Shown piece by piece: positions 30,076-38,907 of a stretch of 64,000 nucleotides of DNA (positions within the stretch are counted from its first letter, which is position 1; each line of letters opens with the position of its first letter). Source of the DNA: a virus (lineage: Duplodnaviria > Heunggongvirae > Uroviricota > Caudoviricetes); the IMG/VR virus record IMGVR_UViG_3300021142_000006; one strand, 5' to 3'. A model generated the notes under the pieces. That model saw only the letters and a list, made by a program, of their open reading frames with translations, was not told the DNA's origin and made no database searches. The translations under genes and the position numbers were made by a program.

Positions 30076-30840
30076 TTAATTAGCTTTTACTGATCCGTTT
30101 CTTTTATTTTTTAATGCCGCAAGAGCATCAGAACCAGAACTTGAACCAAGAACTTTATCGATTTCTTGTGCAGAACTCATTGTAGAGTCGCTAACTTCCG
30201 CATATGCTTCAGATGTAAGTGCTGTTTGAGATACCTTTTCTTGCATACGTTTCATTGTCTGCATTAAACCATCGGTATCAACACTTGACATTGTTTTGTT
30301 GATGGTAAGAGAAGCATCGGCGATTTGCTTTTCAGATTTAAGCATCTTAACATCAGTTTCGGTCTTGGTAATGGTATTACGTAATTCCTTGATAGTGGCA
30401 TCAAGTTTAGCCAATTTAGCTTCCTGAGTTGTGGCATTTTTGGCATAAGTTTCAGCCTGTGTTAATGCGTTTTGGTGTTCAGTTGCGGCTGTTTCTGCCA
30501 ATTTGGTTAAATTCTCAACATCAGCACCAGGTTGTTCCATTTTATCAAGCAATGCATTTGCTTTGGTTTCCCATTCATCAGCCTTTGCTCTGAATTTTGC
30601 TTCATCAGCACGAAGACCAAGAACCATAGCTTTGATTTGTGCTTCACCTTCGATACCTTGTTGCAACTTTGTGCGTAATTCACGAAGGATCTGGTCTGCC
30701 ATCTCAACTGGGTTTTCCAGTGTATCGGCAATAGTGTTGGCTTTAGCCTTAAAAATTAGAGCAAGACGTTTTCTGAAACTTACTCCGAGTATTGCAAGCA
30801 TACCACCTACAATAATTAATGCAATCATAAAATTTGACAT
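30076..30840 (-). CDS. PspA/IM30-like coiled-coil protein with N-terminal TM segment
   Basis: N-terminal hydrophobic helix followed by a long A/E/K-rich coiled coil. The ADQILRELR region resembles PspA. Confidence 0.4.
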   Translation of the reverse strand: MSNFMIALIIVGGMLAILGVSFRKRLALIFKAKANTIADTLENPVEMADQILRELRTKLQQGIEGEAQIKAMVLGLRADEAKFRAKADEWETKANALLDKMEQPGADVENLTKLAETAATEHQNALTQAETYAKNATTQEAKLAKLDATIKELRNTITKTETDVKMLKSEKQIADASLTINKTMSSVDTDGLMQTMKRMQEKVSQTALTSEAYAEVSDSTMSSAQEIDKVLGSSSGSDALAALKNKRNGSVKAN

Positions 30841-31025
30841 AGTTTTTATTTTTTTTTACAAATGTACGTATTATTTCAGTATAAACAAAGTTTTATTCAA
30901 TTATTTTTTAAAATCGTAAATAACATCAATAAAATCATCCAAATCCAAACGTAACTTACATCAGTAGTTTTTAATCAATAGGGGGACTTCGAAATCCCTT
31001 GAACAGGTACTCCTATTGAAGTTTG

Positions 31026-31147
31026 TAGTCAGGGATGGATTCGAACCATCATAACTCAGTAAAAACTGCTGCGTTGTATAATGTTGTTGGTAAGTTATTC
31101 TTGCAGTAACCCAACATACATGCGTCTACCAATTCCGCCACCTGACT
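31026..31147 (-). ncRNA. tRNA-like element (Leu-type D arm, canonical T arm, about 36-nt insertion where the anticodon arm should be)
   Basis: Minus strand reads AGTCAGG-TG-GCGGAATTGGTAGACGC ... GATGGTTCGAATCCATC-CCTGACT-A. It has a 7-bp acceptor, a D arm identical to bacterial tRNA-Leu and a T arm with GGTTCGAATCC. Between them are 70 nt forming an extended hairpin (TGTATGTTGG/CCAAC..ATACA) rather than a standard 5-bp/7-nt anticodon arm. No CCA is encoded. Confidence 0.4.
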
Positions 31148-31561
31148 ATTTCACTTTTTTAAAGAGAAGTGTAACTCTGGGTCGTAAGTGCCACCACCAG
31201 TTTTAAAGATTAAACTGGAACTATTATAACTCACCGAGGGGTTCCCAATTCTCCACCCTATACTTTTCAGTCCAATACTCCCTATATGTATTGTTAAGGA
31301 TTCACTGACTACTGAACGTGCAATTTATTGATCGTATCTTCTACACTATGTGAGTTAATATCTTTAAACTATTCGCCAAAAAAGAAACTTCAATTGCGCC
31401 TGATAAAACTTTTTTGACTTGGTACTTACTCTATTATAGGCTCCCCAGTCCTGTCTAATAATTTGCTGATACTTCATTTCCGATTACTCTGTTTAGAAAG
31501 TGGAACCGTTAAGGTAGCCATCGCAACTCGGACAATTACTCAACATGTTTTTTATAATAAT

Positions 31562-32434
31562 TTATTTTGCTGAGATATTTAACATAGTACCACCAGAACC
31601 TGTCATAACATTAGGTAGTTTACCATCCCAGGTGCTTGCTTTGATATACTCAACATATGTTGGTGTTACAACTTGTTGTTTCAAACGAATAGCAGCGGCT
31701 TCACCTGCGGCTGTAATTACCTTGGAAGCTGAATCACCACGAGCATCAGCAATCTTTTTATTTGCTTCAGCTACAGACATTTGCAATTGCATAACCGATG
31801 TTTCAGCATCTTGTTTAGCTTTAACCTTTGCATTGATTGATGCCGCTAAGTTTGCATCTGTTGGGCGAGGTTGTGATGTAATATTGAAACCATCCACAAT
31901 GAAACCATCGTTTGCAAGTTTTTTGCTAATGTTGTTGGCTACATCATGTTCATAGGCTGGTAAATTAGTAAGTATGCTATCAACTGTTATATGACCTGAT
32001 ACATCTTGCATACAACCACGAACAATGTTCTTAATATACTGATTTGTAATTGATTCAAGATCATCATTTCTCCATTTAAGATAAATGTGAGATGCTTTAG
32101 TTGCATCAACATGATAGTTTAAACCAACATCAACCCTGAAACCAGCACCACCTTGACAAGCAATTGTAATAGCTTGAAGACCTTCTTGACCTTCATTTTT
32201 TGCATCAGTCCATACCTCATGTTGCATGGTTGTTGGTATAGTTATAATTTGGCTTTGGCCAGGGAAAAAGAACTGCCAACCAGTTAATAATGGCAAACTA
32301 TCCAAACCACGATAGTTACCTGAATTGCTAATCTTAAAACCAGCCTCTGTTGGGCTAATTCTTGTACAAGATTCCATTGAAATACTTGTGCTCAATATAA
32401 GGAGTAGAGCTACTCCGTAAGTTAACTTTTTCAT
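31562..32434 (-). CDS. SPFH/band-7 (stomatin/HflC-like) lipoprotein
   Basis: Signal peptide with an ESC lipobox, followed by an SPFH core and an A/K/Q-rich coiled-coil tail. Confidence 0.7.
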   Translation of the reverse strand: MKKLTYGVALLLILSTSISMESCTRISPTEAGFKISNSGNYRGLDSLPLLTGWQFFFPGQSQIITIPTTMQHEVWTDAKNEGQEGLQAITIACQGGAGFRVDVGLNYHVDATKASHIYLKWRNDDLESITNQYIKNIVRGCMQDVSGHITVDSILTNLPAYEHDVANNISKKLANDGFIVDGFNITSQPRPTDANLAASINAKVKAKQDAETSVMQLQMSVAEANKKIADARGDSASKVITAAGEAAAIRLKQQVVTPTYVEYIKASTWDGKLPNVMTGSGGTMLNISAK

Positions 32435-32697
32435 TATTTATTTTTACGCTTTAGATATTTGTGATAAACATATTCAATTGGTAAACCAAAAGAAATGATT
32501 AATAAAATGTGACCAATTATAAAGGCAGGTGTGGAAGCCATATTCATCAATATGAATGATAAATCTGTGAACCCAAGTATTACAAATACTATTAAGGCTA
32601 TCAACGCTATTTTAAGCGTTTTTGATTGTTTAATGCTTTTGAAGTTTAACATTTTAATGTTTTTTGTGGTAACAACCAAGTTCATTTCTGTGAACAT
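32434..32697 (-). CDS. small membrane protein (possible NfeD-like partner of SPFH)
   Basis: 87 aa with two TM helices. Its stop overlaps the SPFH start. Confidence 0.35.
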   Translation of the reverse strand: MFTEMNLVVTTKNIKMLNFKSIKQSKTLKIALIALIVFVILGFTDLSFILMNMASTPAFIIGHILLIISFGLPIEYVYHKYLKRKNK

Positions 32698-32785
32698 TTT
32701 TTAAATGTTTTTTTGTGGATGAACATGATATAATCATACAAAAAGAAATTGCAAATACAATAATTTTTTTCATATATTTTTATTT

Positions 32786-33664
32786 TTAACGTCTACGGCC
32801 ACCGCCAAATGAAGAACGCCCACCTCCGAATGAAGACCTGCCACCACCAAAGGATGACCTGCTCGATGAAAATCCTGAAGAAGACCTTCCGAAACCACCA
32901 CTACGAACAGGGGCTGATGTATTACGCACACTGAATGAACGTTGTGAGGTTGTTGGTGAACTTATTGATTGACGAGGGGTATAAGATGAAGCTGGACGAT
33001 ATCCGCTACCGCTACGATAGTTAGATGTCCTATAGGTATTGTGGTAAACATTAGTTGTGCGATATGTTTGTCTGTAATATGGTCGAGAATAACCATAACC
33101 ATAATAAGAACGATATGGATGGTAATAGCGAGGATAGTAACCCCAGTGGTACATTGGTACATAGTATGGGTGCGGATATAAGAAATAAGACATGAATAAC
33201 CAATCACCTACAGTGTAGTGAGAAGTGTACATATATGTATTTCCGCAATATGCTTGATTACCAGCAATTTGCATTGTTTGTTGTTGGGGATTAACAGTTA
33301 GGGTTGCAACTGTTACAGAATTGGTTGCACTTGTTTCGTCAACAACGGTGAGTGTATGATTGGCTGATTCGACAACTTTAAGATAGTCGATGTTACCATC
33401 ATTGTTAAGATCAAGATTATTGATCTTGTTGTTTGATTGGTTGATTGCTTGTTCTATTGTTTGCGGATCCTTTGTATTCTTCAACAAATTGGCAAATTCA
33501 TTTACATCGAAACCTGGCACATTTGCGGTTTGGACATCAATGTTACTTGGTTGGGACTGATTAATAGTGACATTGTTAGTTTGTGCGCTAACTTGTGGTT
33601 CACCACATGAATGTAGTCCGAGTGACAATCCTAAAAAGGATGCAATAAAGATTATTTTTTTCAT
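32786..33664 (-). CDS. lipoprotein with Tyr-rich region and C-terminal SSFGGGR repeats
   Basis: Lipobox LHSC. The C-terminus has RSSFGGGRSSFGGGRSSFGGGRRR, encoded by a 24-bp tandem DNA repeat. Confidence 0.55.
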   Translation of the reverse strand: MKKIIFIASFLGLSLGLHSCGEPQVSAQTNNVTINQSQPSNIDVQTANVPGFDVNEFANLLKNTKDPQTIEQAINQSNNKINNLDLNNDGNIDYLKVVESANHTLTVVDETSATNSVTVATLTVNPQQQTMQIAGNQAYCGNTYMYTSHYTVGDWLFMSYFLYPHPYYVPMYHWGYYPRYYHPYRSYYGYGYSRPYYRQTYRTTNVYHNTYRTSNYRSGSGYRPASSYTPRQSISSPTTSQRSFSVRNTSAPVRSGGFGRSSSGFSSSRSSFGGGRSSFGGGRSSFGGGRRR

Positions 33665-33722
33665 TAGATTTAAATTTAGAATACAAATATAGAAACTCTT
33701 TTTTTAAAAACCAAATTTATTT

Positions 33723-34757
33723 TTAAATAAATAAATTTGTTGTCGTAATCTCAAAAAATTTGAACTTAAAATCATGATGTTTTAGGATGAAAGATGCATT
33801 ATCAAGTTTGATAATTTCAGCATCAGACAATTTTACTGTCAAATGATAATCATCTTCCATTGAGTCAGGTAAATAATTAGTATCTTCCCTACTTATGATT
33901 AATGCTTTATCACTTGGGGTCATTAGGATGTCCCTACATTTATAATCTTTACCACCAGATTCTTCATAAACCAAGTATTTCTTTGGCTCCGACCTTAGAT
34001 TCAAATATTTACCAACTGTTAGCGCATCTTCATTGAATAGGTTCATTTCCTTAATCAAGTTAACCAATAGGTCAAATGTACACATGTTAATCATTTTGAA
34101 AAACACATGTATGCTTTCGGTATGGTCTTTATTAATCAACATGTCGTTGATAACCTCAGTGATTGTATCGGTATCGAGGTCATTGAAATCCTTACGGTAT
34201 TTTATTCTATTAAGACGGTTGACAAAATAATCACCAAGATTATATGTATTAACTGTTAATAGAAATATTAATTTTGTTTGATATGTACCATCCATTAACG
34301 CCAATAAATCCCTGGAACTATTTCTGCTTTCATAATGGTCATGATTATATATCTTCTCAAATTCATCGATGAATATAATACATTCACCAATTTTTGGGTT
34401 AACCAAAAAGCTTATAAAATCCGAACCTTCATAAGGTGTGTTGATAAGAATAACTGGTTTATTCATCTCAATACAGAACTTCTGAGCAGTTATGGTTTTA
34501 CCACCACCCTTTATACCTGAAAGAATAATACCCATATTCTTATCGGAGTTTACCTCATAAGACTTTTTAAAACGATTTATGATATCAGTATTGGTACCAT
34601 ATATTTTTGAGGGTAAAATAAAATCGGATTGCCTGGTTAAATAATATTCATTATTCCTTGGCTCATAATCCAAAGTGTAAACACCAACTGGTACTTTATC
34701 AAAAGTATCAGTGATATCCATTAATTTAAAAACTTTATTTATTTGTACTACTGACAT
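33723..34757 (-). CDS. putative P-loop ATPase
   Basis: GIKGGGKT Walker A-like motif and IIFIDEFE Walker B-like motif. Confidence 0.45.
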   Translation of the reverse strand: MSVVQINKVFKLMDITDTFDKVPVGVYTLDYEPRNNEYYLTRQSDFILPSKIYGTNTDIINRFKKSYEVNSDKNMGIILSGIKGGGKTITAQKFCIEMNKPVILINTPYEGSDFISFLVNPKIGECIIFIDEFEKIYNHDHYESRNSSRDLLALMDGTYQTKLIFLLTVNTYNLGDYFVNRLNRIKYRKDFNDLDTDTITEVINDMLINKDHTESIHVFFKMINMCTFDLLVNLIKEMNLFNEDALTVGKYLNLRSEPKKYLVYEESGGKDYKCRDILMTPSDKALIISREDTNYLPDSMEDDYHLTVKLSDAEIIKLDNASFILKHHDFKFKFFEITTTNLFI

Positions 34758-34775
34758 ACTATATTATATTTTTTT

Positions 34776-35162
34776 TTATTGAAAAGATATGCTCATATCA
34801 TTATCATCTGATATGATTTGTGCCGAATTTAAAGTTTCGAAATAGCCAACCCAAAATGGTGAGATAATCCAATCATTACCATTATCTGCCTTTAAACATA
34901 TTGAATAGTGATAATTATCCCAATCTCTTGTTTTTTTGGTATCATAGATTAATTTATCTTCTGGTGACAAACTTTTATAATAATAACCTTTTTTACCATA
35001 AAAATCATTATCAACCTTATAGCGTATATAATGTTCTTTAATACGTTTGAGATTAGCTTTAGCAATATCGAGATTATCCCACCCCATTTCAAGGATTTCA
35101 TCTCTATCTTGACTACCAAATGAATCACCTGTAGTATACCAGATTTTTATTTTATGCTTCAT
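34776..35162 (-). CDS. hypothetical protein
   Basis: 128-aa ORF. Confidence 0.45.
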   Translation of the reverse strand: MKHKIKIWYTTGDSFGSQDRDEILEMGWDNLDIAKANLKRIKEHYIRYKVDNDFYGKKGYYYKSLSPEDKLIYDTKKTRDWDNYHYSICLKADNGNDWIISPFWVGYFETLNSAQIISDDNDMSISFQ

Positions 35163-35168
35163 ATTATA

Positions 35169-35555
35169 TTATTTTAAATTACTAAAAATTGCTTTTATAA
35201 ACATTCCTGTATTACCTGCAAGATCATAATTATTAAGATCTTTTGGTTTAACCCATTGATATGATAAATGTTCATCTGATATGGTAACCTCAGGTTTTTT
35301 ATCAAGAACCTTAAAATAAACACTAACGATATTATGTTTTTTTGCTGAGATATAATCACCAGCATACTTTGGTGCTTTTATTGTAATACCAGTTTCCTCA
35401 AATGTTTCTCTAATGGCACCATCAATTTCAGTTTCACCACTTTCAATTTTTCCACCAGGCAAACACCAACCTGTAATAGTCCTATCTTTTGGTGGCCTTT
35501 CTAATAATAAAATCTCATCATCAACTATGATGCAACAAACTGCCGATCTTTTCAT
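35169..35555 (-). CDS. NUDIX hydrolase
   Basis: Nudix box GGKIESGETEIDGAIRETFEETGI. Confidence 0.8.
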   Translation of the reverse strand: MKRSAVCCIIVDDEILLLERPPKDRTITGWCLPGGKIESGETEIDGAIRETFEETGITIKAPKYAGDYISAKKHNIVSVYFKVLDKKPEVTISDEHLSYQWVKPKDLNNYDLAGNTGMFIKAIFSNLK

Positions 35556-35560
35556 TTATT

Positions 35561-36304
35561 TTATTTTTTATTATATATTATTTCGAACCATCTATCCATC
35601 AAGAATCTTGTGTATATTTGAGGATCGAGACCATAAGAACCTAATGACCAACCATCATTTAATTCAATTAAAGAGGTATATATGAATGGATCATTATCAT
35701 CCATAATACCTAAGTCTATGGTATATGATATTGGCGCATTTTCATAATCGTTAATCAGCTTAGGTAAATCAGTTAGATAAGGGAATTTTGTACAATCGCC
35801 AGTATAATTCTTGATACCAACAATCTGACCCTTATTAATGAAAACACGATATTCAGAACTAAAATTTACAACTTCAGATGTAATTATTTTTGTATCATCA
35901 GGATATGAAAAAAGAGTATCATAACTACTTTCTTTCCTTATCACCCCACTTGGGAATAGTTTTAAATCAATCGATTTTATGAATAATGGTACTTTCCTTT
36001 CGCTTTTTAATTCACCCAATGTGGTAAATTTTATTTCACGATCACAATACTTTATTAAACATTCAGGTATATGCAAAGGTTTAGGAACCTCAATACCGCA
36101 TTTATTAAAATACGTTTTGGTATCTTCAATTGAACCAATAAATATTGGTTGTTCTGATGGTTGTTTATTTAAGTTAATGCTGGGTACTTCCATTGGATCA
36201 TCAACAAATACAACTTCAATACCTCTTTGACAAAATCCAAGATATGCTGAATGTATATAATCATCAGCTATCTGGTCACCAGCTTTATATAGATACGCTT
36301 TCAT
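35561..36304 (-). CDS. hypothetical protein (possible ATP-grasp fold)
   Basis: 247 aa. The suggestion comes from a weak EYRVFINKGQIVG-type block. Confidence 0.35.
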   Translation of the reverse strand: MKAYLYKAGDQIADDYIHSAYLGFCQRGIEVVFVDDPMEVPSINLNKQPSEQPIFIGSIEDTKTYFNKCGIEVPKPLHIPECLIKYCDREIKFTTLGELKSERKVPLFIKSIDLKLFPSGVIRKESSYDTLFSYPDDTKIITSEVVNFSSEYRVFINKGQIVGIKNYTGDCTKFPYLTDLPKLINDYENAPISYTIDLGIMDDNDPFIYTSLIELNDGWSLGSYGLDPQIYTRFLMDRWFEIIYNKK

Positions 36305-36305
36305 A

Positions 36306-36659
36306 TTACAGTGGTGGTAAATCCATTAATTCACAAACAATATCATCATCGAGTTGCTTTCCATATAATATTTCGATATTGGTGATAATCTCTGCTTTTG
36401 TGAAAACAAATTTGTTATCAATAAATTCAAGAACAACCTCCATTGGTTTTTGCCAATCGCCACCACCAAAGAAATGTATTTTATTTTCGGATATTTCAAC
36501 AAATCCGTAATTTTCTAAATCAAGTTCTTCAAGATGTCCATCTTGTTCTTGTTGTGGAAAACCAGTAAGCGTTTGGATTATGTATAATATATCTTCTGGT
36601 TGATAAACGATAAACCCATTATGAGGTGCAACCGCTAATAATCTGTCAACTATTTTCAT
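36306..36659 (-). CDS. hypothetical protein
   Basis: 117-aa ORF, overlapping junctions. Confidence 0.45.
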   Translation of the reverse strand: MKIVDRLLAVAPHNGFIVYQPEDILYIIQTLTGFPQQEQDGHLEELDLENYGFVEISENKIHFFGGGDWQKPMEVVLEFIDNKFVFTKAEIITNIEILYGKQLDDDIVCELMDLPPL

Positions 36660-37195
36660 TTATTCAATTTTTTAAATTCTTCGATTACAAAATTAAGAAT
36701 TTCTTCTGAATATTCCAACTCTCCAGGTATAGTTTTATGAAATCCGCCATAATTTTTTACCATAACGTCAAATATTTCGTTATCAAGTTGAATAGCTTCA
36801 TCCAAAGTTTGATTTCTTCCCTTTGGATCATAATGTATGCCCCTTAAAAGGTTAATGTTAAGGTTATTTCTCTTTGAGAATTCCTCATGCACATAATACT
36901 TAAATAAGTCAGTAGTATCATCTTTACCATAGATTACGCTATTGATAAGTGGCGAATCACTAACGATAATTTCTACTTGATTTTCCAAACGCCAAATACG
37001 ATGTTGTTGTTTGGCAAAGATATAATTTTGATTAGCTAAAACATGATGTGATTTTTGCCAAGTCATATCTTTGGCATACTCACCAGTAAAATCTACAGAA
37101 TATCCAAGATTTTTAATATCAGAGGTTAATCTTAAACCCATTTTACTTTTACCTGCGCCAGGCCCTCCAAAAAAATTGACAATTAATGTCTTCAT
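36656..37195 (-). CDS. P-loop NTPase / nucleotide kinase-like protein
   Basis: N-terminal FFGGPGAGKS Walker A motif. Confidence 0.5.
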   Translation of the reverse strand: MKTLIVNFFGGPGAGKSKMGLRLTSDIKNLGYSVDFTGEYAKDMTWQKSHHVLANQNYIFAKQQHRIWRLENQVEIIVSDSPLINSVIYGKDDTTDLFKYYVHEEFSKRNNLNINLLRGIHYDPKGRNQTLDEAIQLDNEIFDVMVKNYGGFHKTIPGELEYSEEILNFVIEEFKKLNK

Positions 37196-37770
37196 CGTTT
37201 AATATACTTTTTTAATTTTATTCTCGCTTCGCTTAGATGCCATTTAGAGGTATTAACACATATATCTAATCGCTCGGCTATATCTTTATGTGAATACCCA
37301 TTGAAAAACATCATAAATACAATTAATTCTTTATCTGACAAAACACTGTGAATAGTATTAATCAATGCGTCATAATTTAATTTTGAATCACATTCATTAT
37401 CTATCTTGGGTTTAAAAGTTATTTCACGCCCATTATCTTCGTCTTCAAGAGAATAATCAGAAAATTGAACTGTGTTATCATAAAATTTACTATTAGATTG
37501 TCTGAAATCATATATAGTATTTTTTAAAATGCGTATCATAAAACCTTCAAAAGAACCTTTATAGCTATACAAATGTATTTTCATAAAGATTTTGTTGAAA
37601 GCTATATTTATAATTTCATCAGCATAATCATAAAATTCTGATTTTTTTGCAATATATGATACAAATAAGATATTGTATCTATTATACAAAGCTTTTTGAG
37701 CTTTTAAATCATTTTTTTTACATAATACTATCAGTTCTTCCAAACTTGTTTCATTCTGAAATGTAATCAT
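37192..37770 (-). CDS. sigma-70 family (ECF-like) RNA polymerase sigma factor
   Basis: Region 2-like N-terminal half and a region 4 HTH (YSHKDIAERLDICVNTSKWHLSEARIKLKK). Confidence 0.6.
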   Translation of the reverse strand: MITFQNETSLEELIVLCKKNDLKAQKALYNRYNILFVSYIAKKSEFYDYADEIINIAFNKIFMKIHLYSYKGSFEGFMIRILKNTIYDFRQSNSKFYDNTVQFSDYSLEDEDNGREITFKPKIDNECDSKLNYDALINTIHSVLSDKELIVFMMFFNGYSHKDIAERLDICVNTSKWHLSEARIKLKKYIKR

Positions 37771-38414
37771 GGTATATAGAGTATGGTTGGTGAGTTTTTA
37801 TTAACATCAATACCAGGAAATTTATCACCAAATAATTTCAGGTTAAATGGATTTGTTATGATATGCGTACCATGCTTAGTAGGTATCTCAGCAATTATCG
37901 ATCTCCATTTAGAGGAAACACCAGGATTTTTGTTATTCATTTCATTATGTTCTTTATTAATGAAATGAATAATGGCATTATATTTATCACTCATATCAGG
38001 AATAACCTCCTTGGTAACAGGATCAATCAAATCAATATCAACAATCCACCTTTTGTTTTCTTCAGAGTGATGCGAACCACAGGCCATGGAATAAGCATTT
38101 TTAACCTGAACATATTGTTGATTGATGATATAATCCGTAATAATCTTCATTGTGTATAATGCAATCTTTTCTGTATCTAATCTGTTAAGATTGATATAAG
38201 CACGAGCATTCTTATCTTTACAATTATTTATGATACGATCTTGTAATTTCAAAAGATCGTCTGGTTTGTAAAGATAGTAGTTATCAACAACCTTTACACC
38301 AGTTTCCATCTCACGATTATCCTTCCTTCTTTTGAGCACTTGTATCAGGTACATGGTGTTAGGTATATTGAAATCTAACAATGAATTTATTATTTCGAAA
38401 TTATTGATTGACAT
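37767..38414 (-). CDS. hypothetical protein
   Basis: 215-aa ORF. Confidence 0.5.
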   Translation of the reverse strand: MSINNFEIINSLLDFNIPNTMYLIQVLKRRKDNREMETGVKVVDNYYLYKPDDLLKLQDRIINNCKDKNARAYINLNRLDTEKIALYTMKIITDYIINQQYVQVKNAYSMACGSHHSEENKRWIVDIDLIDPVTKEVIPDMSDKYNAIIHFINKEHNEMNNKNPGVSSKWRSIIAEIPTKHGTHIITNPFNLKLFGDKFPGIDVNKNSPTILYIP

Positions 38415-38907
38415 GTTCTAATTTTGTTGCTAATGCAAAGTTACTTAATTCTTTGATACCAGTAACCTCCATTATGATTAAATCTTTGATTTCTTGTGGA
38501 AAAATAATTTCCTGATTGATATCCTCAAGCTCGACTTCAAGTATTGTTAAGTTTGTACCATCAATTTCATCGAACTCAAAATGAAAACCATTTGCAAAAT
38601 GAACATATCTTTGTTTATAAAGGCCTTTAAAAACTTTATTGCTTAATTCTTCGAATTTTAATTGATCGATATCCTCATGCATTTCAACGTATTCACCAAT
38701 TCCTTTCTGTATTTTATGCAGATATTCATATGATTCATGGACATTATTTGGCCAATCCGTTAGATCAATTTTTTGTCGAACTCTCTTAACTAAATCACCA
38801 TCATGTAAATAATATTGACTAATACCATAAATTTTATCCCATTGTACTGGAAATGATGGTAATTTCTTCATAAGAAATCTACGCTCTATCTCTTTAACCT
38901 CTTTCAT
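38401..38907 (-). CDS. CYTH-domain (triphosphate tunnel metalloenzyme) protein
   Basis: N-terminal EIERRFLMKKLP matches the CYTH ExExK start, with multiple downstream acidic/basic strand motifs. Confidence 0.45.
   Translation of the reverse strand: MKEVKEIERRFLMKKLPSFPVQWDKIYGISQYYLHDGDLVKRVRQKIDLTDWPNNVHESYEYLHKIQKGIGEYVEMHEDIDQLKFEELSNKVFKGLYKQRYVHFANGFHFEFDEIDGTNLTILEVELEDINQEIIFPQEIKDLIIMEVTGIKELSNFALATKLEHVNQ

Noticed and set aside
31026-31147. Canonical tRNA-Leu gene call
   Set aside because: The span is about 122 nt and no standard 5-bp/7-nt anticodon arm can be drawn. It is reported as tRNA-like rather than as a functional tRNA with a defined anticodon.
30841-31561. tmRNA (ssrA) gene in the ORF-free region
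   Set aside because: The tRNA-like element has a genuine D stem, which tmRNA lacks. No encoded CCA, no tag-peptide frame ending in an ALAA-like sequence, and no 350-nt spacing between acceptor halves was found. Kept only as a hypothesis to test.
31148-31561. Group I intron
   Set aside because: It is not inserted within the tRNA-like element, and I could not recognise P7 (R/S) or P4 (P/Q) consensus elements by eye.
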